Assembly (NCBI RefSeq): GCF_006345805.1
Contig: NC_043010.1
Coordinates: 20,770,001-20,834,000, forward strand
Length of the DNA stretch: 64,000 nucleotides
Reading direction: 5' to 3'
Source of the DNA: Octopus sinensis
Taxonomy: Eukaryota
Shown here in pieces: positions 1-14,790 of this stretch. Positions within the stretch are counted from its first letter, which is position 1. Every line of letters starts with the position of its first letter. The notes below the pieces were generated by a model. It searched no databases, was not told the DNA's origin, and was given only the letters and a program-made list of their open reading frames with translations. A program made the position numbers and the translations under genes.

Positions 1-132
<132 letters not shown>

Positions 133-861
133 GTCTGTCATTTCAATATTTTTCTTCTACATAACACTCTAGGTCACAGGTTTGCAACTGACCATTTACT
201 AGTTCATTGAATTTACAATGCCAAAAGGGACTAGCGATTCCCTGTAAAAATACAGCAGTAAAAGGACCACAAGGTAATTTTGCATCGAGGCATTGGTTGC
301 CGTTTTTTTCGCTGATGTCTCCGTGCAAGACACGCACATACGCATCCCCACACACTAACACACACACGTCCAGTGATGTTTTTGTCTCGTATTCGTAGTC
401 ACTATTCAAAGAACATCTCTGTCTAATTAACGAATAACATGCTCAATAACTATTCTTAGCTTTCCTCGTTTTTACTGGAATCTGGCGCAGTTTTTACACC
501 AATTACAGTTTTAGAAAGCAATCACAAGTTTTCAAAAAGTACTTTAATATTTTTTTAATGAGAGAGTAACCTTGTTTTATTTTTGTACAAACCTCTTTCA
601 AATCTGGTTTTAAAGCAAACCGTTGAATTCTCATTTCTGCCTCGGCACCCGATCTATTTTAACAATTAGTTTTTTTGTTATTTTGACACAAGCAGAAAAT
701 CATTGTTTGAGGAGAGAAGTACTTTAACAACCGATCCTGAAAATAGGGGGTTCCTTTCCTTATTTGTCCAAAATTCAAACATTGTCAATCATTTGATTGA
801 TGTACGCAAAAAGAAATTTGAATAAATATATTTTTCCTCTGCTTTGTTTTTGCTCGTTTCA

Positions 862-1014
862 GGAATTAGACTGCGGCCATTCTGGGGCACTGCTTTAAAA
901 GTTTAATCGGACTTCTATTTTTAAAGCCGAGTTCTTATTCTATCAGCCCCTTTGTGGCGAACCACTAGGTTACGGGGAGGTAAGCAAACAAACACCGGTT
1001 GTCAAATGGTGATG

Positions 1015-1069
<55 letters not shown>

Positions 1070-1245
1070 CTCTCTCTCTCTCTTTCTCTCTCGCTACACA
1101 TACACACACACACACACATGCATATGACGGGCTTCTTTCGGCTTCCGTCTATCACATCCACTTATAACGCTTTGCCCATGATGCCATGCAGTGCAACTAA
1201 ACTCAAAGCCACGTGGTTAGAATGCAGGCTTCTTAGCACACAACA
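862..1245 (-). mobile_element. SINE family B (tRNA-like head, internal CA/TA microsatellite)
   Basis: Shares blocks (gactgcggccat..gggcac, ccactaggttacgggga, gacgggcttctt) with copies at 2490, 23255, 26105, 32595 and 53995. Confidence 0.75.
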
Positions 1246-1589
1246 TCACCTGCGACTATAAGGTCAATATGTTTTCTCTGTTCGAGGGTCTGACTTGCAT
1301 ATTGGATGTATCACGAATCTAACTTCCTTTTCTAATTCCATCCATTGATCATTTCATATATTGATCATTTGAAAAGCATTTACTTTCTGAATTACAAAAG
1401 TCTTCTCTGTGTCGACATGCTTCATTAAGTTGAATAATTATTAAAAATAATTAACATCACCAATAGATGAGCTGGAAATATATTTGCAAACAGGGATATG
1501 AGGGTAGGTTTTCTCCAAAATTCAAATTTACTTTCGAAAGTTTGACTTACATTACTGGTTGGTTTGAAATTCGGACAAAAGACCAGCAA

Positions 1590-1748
1590 GTTCTACCTCT
1601 GTGCTCAGCTGGTACTAATCGCATCGAGACTCCGAAAATGTGAAAGGCAAAGTCGACCCCGGCGGAATTTGAACTTAGAGCATAAAGACAGACGAAATGC
1701 CGCTAAGCGTATTTCCCGGCTTGCTAACGATTCTGCCAAATCGCCAAC
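1590..1748 (-). mobile_element. SINE family A
   Basis: gaaaggcaaagtcgaccccggcggaatttgaac core. Confidence 0.8.
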
Positions 1749-1828
1749 TTTGATTGTTCCATTATCAACAGGAAGAAAACTGTTACTTGCTTCCCTTATA
1801 ACGAAAGGTTAACATAATTCGGCTTGAC

Positions 1829-2321
1829 AAAAATGTCAACCAAATAATCAAATCTGAGCAATCACATTTTTTCTGTTAATCGTTCTTCTAAATGGAAATT
1901 ATATTCCGTAAAAATGCCAATAGGGCATTTCTTAATTCCAACAACCAGGTTAATGTCCCTTATCGAGACAATCATGGTAATTATAAACCAAAAATCTCGA
2001 TACACAAGTCTTTATTAAGAACATAACCCACCCACATTCCTTGCGCCCCCACCCTAACAAACCATCTCAAACATAGACTTCTTTCTGAAGCAAATTCAAA
2101 ACAACTGTATATCACAAATAAAACTTAGCCTAACGAACCCATTTTTACATGAATCACTACCCTATCATCTCCCCATTTTTCTTCAACGCCCCACTGGAAC
2201 TTTCCACCGTCCCGAGGGGGTGGTGGTGGAAATACTGCCCATTTTGAGAACCACTGATTTAGAAGAATGATTAGCAGAAATAATGTGATTGCTCAGACTT
2301 GATTATTTGGTTGGCATTTTT
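1829..2321. repeat. 65-bp inverted repeat (1829-1893 / 2257-2321) abutting a single hAT-like TIR end (2238-2256)
   Basis: The arms are about 90% reverse-complementary. The reverse complement of 2238-2256 contains cagtggttctcaaaatggg, a Charlie/hAT-type terminus. Confidence 0.75.
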
Positions 2322-2489
2322 GAAGAACATTACTTTTTCTTTTGCCTATTTTCCTCATCGACAATTGTAGAGTTGCATAAACATGGAAACAGTTGATCCC
2401 CCGACTGCATTTGTCGCAAATACTCTTGTCTTTTCTTCTCCGCATAATTATTTTTATTTAGTATTTAAAAAAAAAAAATTTGAATGGAT

Positions 2490-2895
2490 TAAATACAATG
2501 AAGTAAGAAGTTTGCTTCCCAACCACATGGTTCCGGGTTCAGTCTGACTGCGTGGCATCCTGGCCAAGTCTCTGTTGCAATATTCTTGGGCTGACCAAAG
2601 CTTTGTGAGTGGATTTCGTAGATGGCAACTGAAAGAGGCCCGTCACACACACACACGTGTGTGTGTGTGTGTGCGTGTATCTTTGTCTTTGTGCTTATTC
2701 CCAACCATCGCTTGACGACCGGTGTTGGTGTGTTTGCATTCCCATAACTTAGCCGTTCAGCAAAAGTGTCCGATAGAATAAATACCAGGCTTTAACGAAA
2801 AATAAGTACCGGCATCGATTTATTCGACTAAAAATTCTTCAAGGCAGTACCCCAGCATGGCCACAGTCAAATGATTGAAACAAATAAATGATAGA
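2490..2895 (+). mobile_element. SINE family B
   Basis: ccacatggttccgggttcagt head, internal (CA)/(GT), tail ...cagcatggccacagtcaaatga. Confidence 0.8.
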
Positions 2896-3480
2896 AGATA
2901 AAAGATTGATTTTCATAGGGATGGCGTCCCTGTGTAGCTTTCAGTAATTTTATTTTATAAAATGTGCTAATTATCACGTCTAATTATCTAATTATCAAAT
3001 TATCATGTCTACATGTGCAATATTGTACACGCAATTAGGAATTTTCTCAACCCTACTTCTGCAAGTTCTGTGAAGTAAATGTTTCGTTGTGGTGGCTTAA
3101 TAAAACCGGAACATGTATAACGTTATCTCCCTTACATGCTGGAAAAAATGAAAACAAAAGTAATCCCGAAGTAAAACCGTATTTTCCCCACCGCATAATT
3201 ATTTCTGACTAACATTTTAATGCTATTTGTCCACTCTAGTTTAATTCTTTCTGTGTGGTTTTTTCTCGAATCCTCCATATTCATAAACCTATTTTCATAG
3301 TTAGGAAGTTTGCTGTTTTGTGAAAACCTCTGAATAGTATAATTTTGTTCGGTAGTTCTTTTTAACTTTTCTTCATCGTTTTTCAAGGTTTTCAGTTCTT
3401 TTCTTCCTTAGAAATTCGTAGAATCACTATAATAACTTTTATACAGGTTGCGGAAAAAAGCACCCCACCCTTGTTGTATA

Positions 3481-3700
3481 TATTTCTTTACTACCCACAA
3501 GGGGCCAAACACAGAGGGGACAAACAAGAACACACAAAGGGATTAAGTCGACTACATCGACCCCAGTGTGTAACTGGTACTTAATTTACCAACTCCGAAA
3601 GGATGAAAGGCAAAGTCGACCTCGGCGGAATTTGAACTCGGAACGTAACGACAGACGAATTTCGCCCGGTGTGCTAACATTTCTACCAGCTCGCCGCCTT
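3481..3700 (-). mobile_element. SINE family A, tail type 1
   Basis: Full head, body and tail; ttgtata repeated at 3474-3480 and 3702-3708. Confidence 0.85.
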
Positions 3701-3879
3701 ATTGTATAGACTGACAAACGTTTCAAATGGAAATGCATGATTGCAACAGCTCAAACCACAATGGTAGCTAAAAATAAGGAACAATAAAACATTAGCTTCA
3801 TGAAAACACCATTTCTATCTACCTGACTTCACTGGCGCCACCCCAACAGCTGGATAAAATGTGGCGGTTTCTTCTGCTG

Positions 3880-4220
3880 CAGTTTGTACATACTACGGGA
3901 ACTCCGTCGGTTACGACGGTGAGGGTTCCAGTTGATCCGATCAACGGAACAGCCTGTTCGTAAAATCAATATGCAAATGGCTAAGCACTCCACAGATACG
4001 TAAACCCGTAACATAGTTCTCAGGGATATTCAACGTGACCCAGAATGTGGCAAGGCCGGTCCACTTTATATTACTGGTACAACTCATCTTTGCCAGCTGC
4101 GTGGACTGGAGCAGAGTGAAATAAAGTGTCTCGCTGAAGGACGTATTGCGCCGCCAGGAATCGAACTCACGACCTTACAATCGTGTGTCGAATGCCCCTA
4201 AACACTAAGCCAGACGCCTT
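3880..4220 (-). mobile_element. SINE family C (tRNA head, CORE-like centre)
   Basis: Matches copies at 15400, 19868, 26900 and 33935 (ccgtcggttacgacg...gttccagttgatccgatcaacgg). Confidence 0.75.
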
Positions 4221-4304
4221 CACTGTATATAGATGTCCCATGTATATACCGATGTCCTATATCCTTATTGTATTTATGCTAACGCCAACTTAATTATTTC
4301 ACTA

Positions 4305-4510
4305 CAGTAATTTCACGCCATATCGCAGCTCACCTATCGCGCACGCAGTACATCGCGGATTTTTCTGGCTAATATATGTAAATTTATATCGTGGACTCCT
4401 CAGTATATCGCGGGTTTCTGCGGCCGATATGTATTTATGTCTTTTTAGATTTTAATTATTTCTGTGGGAGGTTTTGAAACGTAGCACCCGCGATAGTCGA
4501 GGGATTGCTG
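4305..4510. mobile_element. pogo/Tigger-like MITE
   Basis: TA then CAGTAAT at 4305; the right end reverse-complements to cagcaatccctcgactatcgcgg; repeated internal tatcgcgg motifs. Confidence 0.6.
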
Positions 4511-5394
4511 AATATGTTTCTAATTCTTCACTTTTGCAAATAAAAATAAAATTTATTCCAAACGAAAATATTTGGACGAACCATTTTTTCACCTGAAAGA
4601 AAACCGTTCAATAATCTTTTCTAATATCTTTTATATCTTTTGGATCTTTACTATATGGTTAAATATTTTATCGTTACTTAATTTGCCTTCATGGCGTGTG
4701 CCGAGCTTGTCATTGTGTGGTGTGTCATTGTGTAATGTGATGCGTCATCGTGTAGTGTGTCATTATGTGATCTATCATTATAGCGTGTCTCATGTCTCAT
4801 GCAAAGCTGACATGTTATGCATCATGAAATACATTGCTATCGTGTTGTGTATCATTATGGGAAGTGTTATCGTTTTATGCGTCATAAACGCAGTAGAGGG
4901 GAAACCCACTTCGAAATAAATCTACAATGCAACTCCTGTGGTGGCGATATACACCACAATTCAAAGAAATAAGATCAACCAAAGTTCCGAGTTCAATCCT
5001 CACAAAAGGTAACATATCATAAACAATTGGGGGACACCTTGGAGACATGACCTTAATGGGTCCGGCTCCCTTAGATTAGCGGGAACTAACACTCCGTTCG
5101 CGCCGTAACTAGTTTCCACGTACTAATGTTATCTTAACTGTCATTAAATAGTGTGCCGTCACTTTGTGTGTCATTACAGTGTGCCATCACGTTGGGCGTC
5201 ATTACAGTGTGCCATCACGTTGGGCGTCCTTCATCATGTTGCGCGTTGTTACATCATACGGTGCTTTTCAGATTCTTTCAATCGCCGTCCATTTCTTTTG
5301 ATAACACTTTTTTCAACGCCCCATCACCTACGCTTTAAGAAAGTTTATTAAAAAAACTATCTAAAAAGAAAGTAATGTCGACTGAGATTTAAAG

Positions 5395-6095
5395 CACCAA
5401 TACCCAAATCCTAGCTGTGCCAAATAGAGCTGTTTTTTGGAGCCTGCACTGCCCTCATGTCAATTCCAGTTTCTCCGACATATTTCTCGAACTGGTTGTC
5501 ATTGCTCTGAGTGCCTCTAGAACTACTAATGTAACAATTACTCCCGTCATTGCTCATATTCCTGCAATTTCGTCTTTTCCAGCTCTTTGTCATCTACGCG
5601 TGCATCTCCAAGTATGGCGATATCTAGGCTCTTGGATGGTTGCGAGCTGGCAGAAACGTTAGCACGCCGGGCGAAATGCTTAGCAGTATTTCGTCTGCCG
5701 CTACGTTCTGAGTTCAAATTCCGATGAGGCCGACTTTAACTTTCATCCTTTCGGGGATCGATAAATTAAGTATCAGTTGCGTACTGGGGTCGATGTAATC
5801 GACTGGCCACTTCCCCCAAAATTTAGGGCCTTGTGCCTAGAGTAGATCAGAATATCTATGCTCTTTGTTTCCTTTTTTCCTTTATCTACCATGATATTAG
5901 CTGATCTCCGAGCTGATCTCAGTGACACCCTTTGGCTCATGTTTGTACCATATCCGTGCTGCGTCCATACCGTACTTTTCACCGAGTCTCCAGTAAACAG
6001 ACTTAGCCACGTTATCGTGCCTCCTTTCTGTTGTGCTTTTTGAGCCAGCTTATTACACTCTCTCATAATATGTAAGAATGTTTCGTTCTGCATGC
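5395..6095 (-). mobile_element. Dong/R4-clade LINE 3' remnant, split by a SINE A copy (about 5640-5855, +)
   Basis: The minus strand encodes ETFLHIMRECNKLAQK..RHDNVAKSVYW..WYKHEPKGV and FEKYVGETGIDM..QKTALFGTARI, which are zinc-knuckle and restriction-like endonuclease motifs. Confidence 0.75.
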
Positions 6096-6720
6096 TCTCG
6101 TACAGTGCCCACGCATTGCTGACTTGTGGAGCTTTGTCGAACAGTTATTGTCACGTGTAGGACGGATACAGCTATCGTCTGAGTCCATTGTGAAGGTCGC
6201 CCCGCCTCCTTCCTTTGGCCGGGGAGGACAGGCAAGTTTTTCTCTGTCTGCTCGCTATGGCAAAAGAGGTTGTGTGATGGATGCGATTGAAAGGGTTGAA
6301 GACGCGTACCTTCCTCTTCGGCCAAGGCGTCATTGATTTTTTTTTCAGGTTCCACCTAAAAAGGAAAGTGAAGCTGGAAGGAGAGGTGCTGTCACCCAGT
6401 AAGTTGGCTGAATGGTGGGTGAATGCGGCAAGAATGGCCCGTGTGAATAGGCCTACTCTAAGTGTGCGCTTGTAGGCCAGATGGAATGAGGAGAAGAGGA
6501 ATGCCTACCTGAGGTGTCTTTGATGTTAGGGGTCCAAAGTGTGTGAAGTTCCTTTGGTCACCTCTTGGTGGAACTCACCCCTATTGGGGAAGTATGTTTA
6601 TGGTTTAATCTCCTTGCTAATTGCTGTGTTTTTTGCTGGTTACACGTTTAACCCCACTGTCCCTCGTCAGCATATCGTTCTTTATGCTGTGTGTTCGGCC
6701 CTGGTGGCCAATAAAAAGTA
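6085..6720 (+). mobile_element. Tx1/L1-clade LINE ORF2 C-terminus plus 3' UTR
   Basis: VLHALVQCP..DLWSFVEQLL..FFRFHLKRKVK..W; the same family recurs at 56215-56450, 58768-59040 and 59500-59890. The 3' end reads tgtgttcggccctggtggccaataaaaagta. Confidence 0.7.
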
Positions 6721-6880
6721 TTGTTGTTGTTGCTGTTGTTATTGTTGTTGTTCTTCTTGTTCTTGTTCTTGTTCTTGTTCTTGTTCTTCTTCTTCTTCTT
6801 CTTCTTCTTCTTCTTCTTCTTCTTCTTCTTCTTCTTCTTCTTCTTCTTCTTCTTCTTCTTCTTCTTCTTCTTCTTCTTCA
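6721..6880. repeat. (TTG)/(TTC)n compound microsatellite
   Basis: Direct reading. Confidence 0.97.
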
Positions 6881-7282
6881 TCTCATTATGGCCAAGGACT
6901 AAGAAAAATATATTTCTTGTATTTGTTTCAGTCTTTCCTTCCATACGTCCTACTCTTCAAGACCGACTGGTGTTTATGCAATACCTACAAGGAAAATACC
7001 AAAGCGACAACAACGTGTGACTATTGGCTGCAAAAAAATTACCTCACGTACGGAATATTGCAAAGAGAGTAACAAGTGATTTCTTCTGAATTACGGTTTG
7101 GTAACCGATATAGAAATCTTGACAGCAAATATGTAAAAACAGGAATGGTTACTATAAGGACAAGAACATCAACAAAAGCAGGAACAGCTACAACAAGATT
7201 AAGAACAAGAACAACAACAACAACAACAACAGCAATAAGACAACGCTGAAGCTGATAGCCGCGGTGACAAATCCAATATAAT

Positions 7283-7515
7283 TCTTTACTGCCCACTAGG
7301 GGCTAAACATAGAGGGGACTAACAAGGACAGACAAAAGGATTTAAGTCGATTACATCGACCCCAATGCGAAACTGGTACTTTATTTATCGACCTCGAAAG
7401 GATTAAAGGCGAAGTCGACCTCGGCAGAATTTGAACTCAGGACATAAAAACAGACAAAATGCCGCTGGGCATTTCGCCCGGCGCGCTGTCATTTATGCCA
7501 GCGGCGCGCCGCCTT
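7283..7515 (-). mobile_element. SINE family A, tail type 1
   Basis: Core and tail match the other copies. Confidence 0.8.
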
Positions 7516-7562
7516 AGGGTGACAACTCCAATGACATCGATTTCGGAACAAACGAGGTAAGT

Positions 7563-7679
7563 ATAATAATAATAATAATAATAATAATGATAATAATAAT
7601 AATATAATAATAATAATAATAATACTAGTAATAATAATAATGATAATAATAATATAATAATAATAATAACAACAACAAC

Positions 7680-7743
<64 letters not shown>
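7563..7743. repeat. (AAT)n microsatellite
   Basis: Direct reading. Confidence 0.97.
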
Positions 7744-7745
<2 letters not shown>

Positions 7746-7860
7746 CTCTATGTAACCTCAAGGTTTAAAACAACCATAATTTTCGGTTTAAAAAAAAAAA
7801 AAAAAAAAAAAACTTTTTTTTTTTAGACATTCATTAGTACAACATCCCCACCCCCCAAAT

Positions 7861-9385
7861 ATATGGCACACTAGGCATAACAACAACATGAACTTCCAAC
7901 CCTGTTGTCTCTTGAGGTCTCTGGGTGAGACTTGGAGCCAACTTGTACAAATATAAAGCAAAAGTCAAACATAGAATAATAATAATAATAATAATAATAA
8001 TTCAGGAGAGCATGTTATCACAAAGTAAGAGCAATACTCAAGACAGAGCTGAATGCGAGAAACAAGATCGAAGCGATCAATGCTTTAGCCGTACCTGTCG
8101 TGACATACAGTTAGTTACAATATCGTTAACTGGTCAATTACCGAAATATGTGATCTTGACAGAAAAGTACGAAAACTGTTGACAATGCATAGAATGCACC
8201 ACCCTAAGGCAGATATAAAACGACTTGACCTGCCAAGAAAAGAGGGAGGCCGTGGACTTTTACAACTGGCAATAACAATGAAGATTGCCACAATTGGCCT
8301 AGACACCTACCTGAAAACCTCTGAGGACTGGATGTTAAAACTTGTCTCAAAACATGAAAACAAGTAAGCATCATACTCAGTAACAAAACAGGCAAAGGAA
8401 TATCTAAGTGAATTCCAAATACAACAAATTCCAGAATTTGACGTACTGGAAACAAGCACAGAAAAAGCTAAGCGCATGAAAACCCGTGCTAAGACTGCTG
8501 CCTTAGATATTCTTACTGATAAATGACAAGAAAACCTCTCAATGGCAAATACCCAAAGAGAGCTAAGAATGCCAATGCTGACAAATCCCGTGCCCATCAA
8601 TAGTTAGTGGCTTCTGGCTTAAAATCAGAAACAGAAGGGTTTATCATAGCAGTCCAAGATCAATGCCTATCTACAAGAAACTACCAGGCCAACATATTAA
8701 AGAACGGCAGCTGCCCAACATATGTATGTCAGCAACAAAATGAAGCCATTGATCATGTTGTCTCCATGTGCAGACTTCTTGCGCCTACAGGCATGATAGA
8801 GCAGCATAGTATATTCACTGGGTAATTTACAAAAACCTGGATCTACCCCATGATAAAAACTGGTGGGAATACAAACCACCTCCAGTGCTTGAAAATGATC
8901 ACATCTCCCTCCACTGGAACTTCACAATTCAAACTGACAGAAAGATCGATGCGAATAGGCCAGACATCATATTGAAAGATTTCAGACAAAAATCATGTCA
9001 CCTCATTGATTTGACTGTCCCAATCAATATAAAACTGAACAAGTATAAAGATCTTGAAATAGAAATCAGCAAAATGTGGAACCTGAAGACTAAGACAATA
9101 CCTGTTGTTATAGGTACCCTGAGAATGATAGCAAAAGGAGCTGATTGCTGCCTATCTCAGATACAAGGAAACCCCAAAATGGCAGAAATTCAAAAGATAG
9201 TGCTCATGGGAACTTCTCATATCCTACGCAAAATACTTTCTATGTAATCTCAAGTTTTAAAACAAACATAATTTTCTTATGGTTTCTTAAACATTCTCTA
9301 GAACAACACTATGTAGAAAAACAAATATATGGCACCCTAGGCATAAAACCAACATGAACTTCCAACTTGTTGTCTCTTGACATAA
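7861..9385 (+). mobile_element. Dong/R4 LINE: isolated 3' UTR piece (7861-7975), (AAT)n, then a 5'-truncated degenerate copy (8001-9385)
   Basis: RMHHPKADIKRLDLPRKEGGRGL, GLKSETEGFIIAVQDQ, RPDII..KYKDLEIEI..QKIVLMGTSHILRK. The 3' UTR at 9325-9380 matches 7861-7915; the copy ends in (AAT)n. Confidence 0.88.
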
Positions 9386-9398
9386 AATAATAATAATA

Positions 9399-9737
9399 AT
9401 ATCGTTCACTAGATAACAATGGCACTCTTCTTTTAATTTTGACTCTATATCTTCAGGTGGAGTTACCTCAATCCTTTCTATATTAACCAAAATGAAGTAG
9501 ATTGACATATTATTTTTTAAACCAGTTGAAGACACACAAAATGTCGAAATATCGTTCACAAGATAACAATGGCACTCTTCTTTTAATTTTGACTCTATAT
9601 CTTCAGGTGGAGTTACCTCAATCCTTTCTATATTAACCAAAATGAAGTAGATTGACATATTATTTTTTAAACCAGTTGAAGACACACAAAATGTCGAAAT
9701 ATCGTTCACAAGATAACAATGGCACTCTTCTTTTAAT
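9399..9737. repeat. 150-bp tandem repeat, about 2.25 copies
   Basis: atcgttcac at 9401, 9551 and 9701; near-identical units. Confidence 0.95.
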
Positions 9738-9746
9738 AATAATAAT

Positions 9747-9780
<34 letters not shown>

Positions 9781-9789
9781 ACAATAATA

Positions 9790-10130
9790 ATGGCAATGTT
9801 TCTCTAAAAGAAACGGAGAAACTTTCAAAATACAAAGATCTGGAAATAGAGGTAACTCGAATGTGGAGTGTAATAACAGAAACAATTGCTATCATAGTGG
9901 ACGCACTAGGTATGATAAAAAAAAAGCATTCAGACAAATACATAACAAAAATACAAGGACTTACAAGTATATATAAATAGCACCCATAGGCACCGCACAC
10001 ATTCAACGCAAAACACTTTCAATACAGTAAAAATAAGAGCCCTACACCAAACTACAGCACATGCCCAAGGCACATAGAGCTGCGCTCGGTAGTGAAGTGA
10101 AAGCACGTGATAAAAATAAGACTACTGAAT
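9790..10130 (+). mobile_element. Dong/R4 3' fragment (older variant)
   Basis: Homologous to 21945-22285; ends actactgaat(aat)n. Confidence 0.85.
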
Positions 10131-10134
10131 AATG

Positions 10135-11205
<1,071 letters not shown>

Positions 11206-11454
11206 ATAATAATAATAATAATAGGCACATAAACGTAATAACAATAATTACAGCAGCAACAACGAAGTAATAAAGCTCGTGTACTCCGCCTACTATCACT
11301 ACCACCATCACCACCACACTTACCACAACAATCAACACTACCACCACCGCCACCATTGTCATCAGCTTCATCGTCATCGCCCCAGTCGTCGTTATCATTA
11401 TCCGCATCAACATCATCGCATCACCAGCGTAACCACCATCGATCAACAACGCTT

Positions 11455-11640
11455 ACCGTCGAGAAATCCAATCAATGTTTGTTATATTCAAGAAACACAG
11501 GAGCTGAATGCCTTCCCTTGTAAATTGTCCAGGCGGAATTGTAATTGCAAAGCCTGTTCACTTGTCTTGTACATTTCATGTTTCCCGTCCGTTCCACAAC
11601 CATCAGAGCGACTTTACACAGGCGACTTGTAAGTCCCGCT
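11455..11640 (+). mobile_element. Probable Penelope-like GIY-YIG remnant
   Basis: [29 protein letters not shown] resembles the Cys-rich GIY-YIG of Penelope-like elements; abuts (TACA)n/(TA)n. Confidence 0.4.
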
Positions 11641-11676
11641 TGTATGTAAACATACATACATACATACATACATACA

Positions 11677-11899
<223 letters not shown>

Positions 11900-12231
11900 A
11901 CATCAATTTTTACACCAGTGGTCTAGCATATAAAAAAATTGAGATTCAGTAAATAGTATATAATATATATATATATATACACGTACATGCTTATATATAT
12001 ATGTAAACATATACAAATATAGTTAAGGGTTTAATTTTGTGACAAACTGAAACAGTAAACACAAAAGTAAACGATTGATTGACAAATTAATTAATTAGTT
12101 AATTAAATGAGAGAGAAGGCCGACCATAGTTAAAACAACAGGTTTGTAAAAGAACGGGCGAAAAGAAAATCACACACACACACAACCCTCATCTAGGCTG
12201 CTCTGTAGTGAGTACTTTAGCCTCAATTCCT

Positions 12232-12546
<315 letters not shown>

Positions 12547-12821
12547 CACTTACATCCTACACAGGAATGCGGTGGGATTGGTTGGTCGCCTGGACAAACT
12601 ACTTATAAAGAGCAAGTTGCGTATCACTTTAAAAACGTCTTCCCTCGACTGTTTGTAATAACCTATAAAAACTAACAACAAAGCAACAAAAACAAAAACA
12701 CATGCCGATAAACACGTCTTCTTTTTTCTTCTTCTTCCGACATATACCTTGCTGATACTGTCATTAACAAGTTTATGTATACATATATATAGATATAAAT
12801 ATAAATATATTTATACATACA

Positions 12822-12957
<136 letters not shown>

Positions 12958-13183
12958 TATAAACTTATATATTTGTATCTATATATCTATATCTACATAT
13001 ATGTAATAATTACTTTGTATTAAGCTTAATTCGTTAGTATTTCTCCCAGTAACCAGTTTTAATATGTTATAAATATAATTATAATATTATTGTAAATATA
13101 TTATAAGTATAGTTTTGTTACAATAGATATACTTTGAATATAATTATAAAAATTTGCTATTTTCTTCGTGAAGTGAAATAAAA

Positions 13184-13750
13184 ATGCCGGCAACAAAAGG
13201 ACTCAAAAGAACCGCACTTGCTGCTTTGATTCCTGGAACTAAGTTTGATCCCAAGACATTTGAAGTGTCTGCAGTTGCTGATCCAGATGCCCCGACTGTT
13301 GTCTTTAATGTACGTGGAACTATCTTCGAAACATATCGTTCAAATTTATACCGGAAAAATCTGAGCAATTTGTCCAACGAAGAGTTTCTCGGTCAATTCT
13401 ACCGAGTGAGATCAAACGATTATTTCTTTGACCGCGATCCTTCACTTTTTTCATCAGTGTTGGAATATCAACGGACCGGTGTGTTACATATTCCAGTGAA
13501 TGTGTGTGGTAAAGTGGCACGGCAGGAGCTGGAATTTTGGGGAATTGACGAAAGCTGTATCGAAAAATGCTGTTGGAGCACTTTTGATTCCTGGAATAGC
13601 ACTTACGACGCATTAAAACAATTGGAAGAAGCCCAGAACAGAACATTTAACCAATATACAGAGTCAAAAATTGCTGGAATGAAATATGGAAAAATGAGAG
13701 CAGCGATTTGGAATTTTCTTTCTAACCCTAGATCGTCAAACGGTGCGAAA
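13184..13750 (+). CDS. Voltage-gated K+ channel, Shaw/Kv3-like, coding exon 1 (N-terminus plus T1/BTB tetramerisation domain, 189 aa)
   Basis: ATG at 13184 with an in-frame TGA at 13169-13171. T1 motifs VVFNVRGTIFETY, YFFDRDPSLFSSVLEYQRTGVLH and ELEFWGID are present. The Zn motif H102-X5-C108-X20-C129C130 is typical of non-Shaker Kv. The exon ends ...SSNGAK at a strong donor AAA|GTAAGT (13751), phase 0. Confidence 0.93.
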
Positions 13751-14429
13751 GTAAGTATTGTCTTGTTTTATATTCTTATCTCTTCATTTGTCGAAAAAGG
13801 ATAATTTTGAAAACTACTTTATATACTTTTGACAGCATTTTATAATTTAATGATGTGTGTGTGTGTGAGTGTGTGTGTAGGGGGTTAAATAATTACCTTT
13901 TGCAAAATTCCGGTAAGATTCGTAATGGAGTACTGTCTATTCCTACATCTTAGACGGGTTTGTTGCAAGACAACAATCATGCTAGACCATTATCCAAAGA
14001 ATGACATTTACCTCACTGACATAAAGTCGCTTACGAATAGTCTTCATCTTTGCCCCAACAGACACGCTGTGCCTTCTCTTAGGCTCGACTACTGCACTAC
14101 TGTGGAGACGGCCATTATTGGTCGATCTCTACGAAACCTCTTTCATTACTCATCTCCCTTCTCCTCGTTATCAATATTATGTTTCCCGCCATAACTTATG
14201 GAAGAAGCACTTTTTTGTAGTCCATCATTCTCAGAACATCGGTTTTCTAGAATTCCTCCGTTTACTTGCAACTTTTCAATGGGATCGTTAACTTTTTTCT
14301 ATTGCAACGGTCTCAGAGGGTCTGTGTGCAATTCTTGGGCGCACCCGATTCCTTCGAGCCAAGTCAATGAGACAAGATAAACCATTAAGCTATAATTGTA
14401 AACACGCATAATATACACCCACTGCATGC

Positions 14430-14555
14430 AACTATGCATACATATATACATGCATGCATATATTCACATACATACAAACATGTACATATATACATAGACG
14501 CATATATATACATACATGCACATATATACATGCATGCACATATATACATACATGA

Positions 14556-14588
<33 letters not shown>

Positions 14589-14790
14589 CACGTACATATA
14601 TACATACATGTACATATATACATGCACATATATACATACATATACATATATACATACATGCACATATACATATACATACATATATACATATACATACATA
14701 TATACATATATATACATATATACATACAAGCATATATACATTTATACATGTACATATATACATATATTTATATACACGTGCATACATATA
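14430..14790. repeat. Degenerate TA/CA low-complexity tract
   Basis: Direct reading; source of many spurious ORFs. Confidence 0.95.

Noticed and set aside
143-409. 88-aa minus-strand ORF
   Set aside because: No recognisable motif or splice context; unassigned.
13751-13804. Last 17 codons of the 206-aa ORF (VSIVLF...EKG)
   Set aside because: Read-through past a consensus donor; the true S1 is at 63203.
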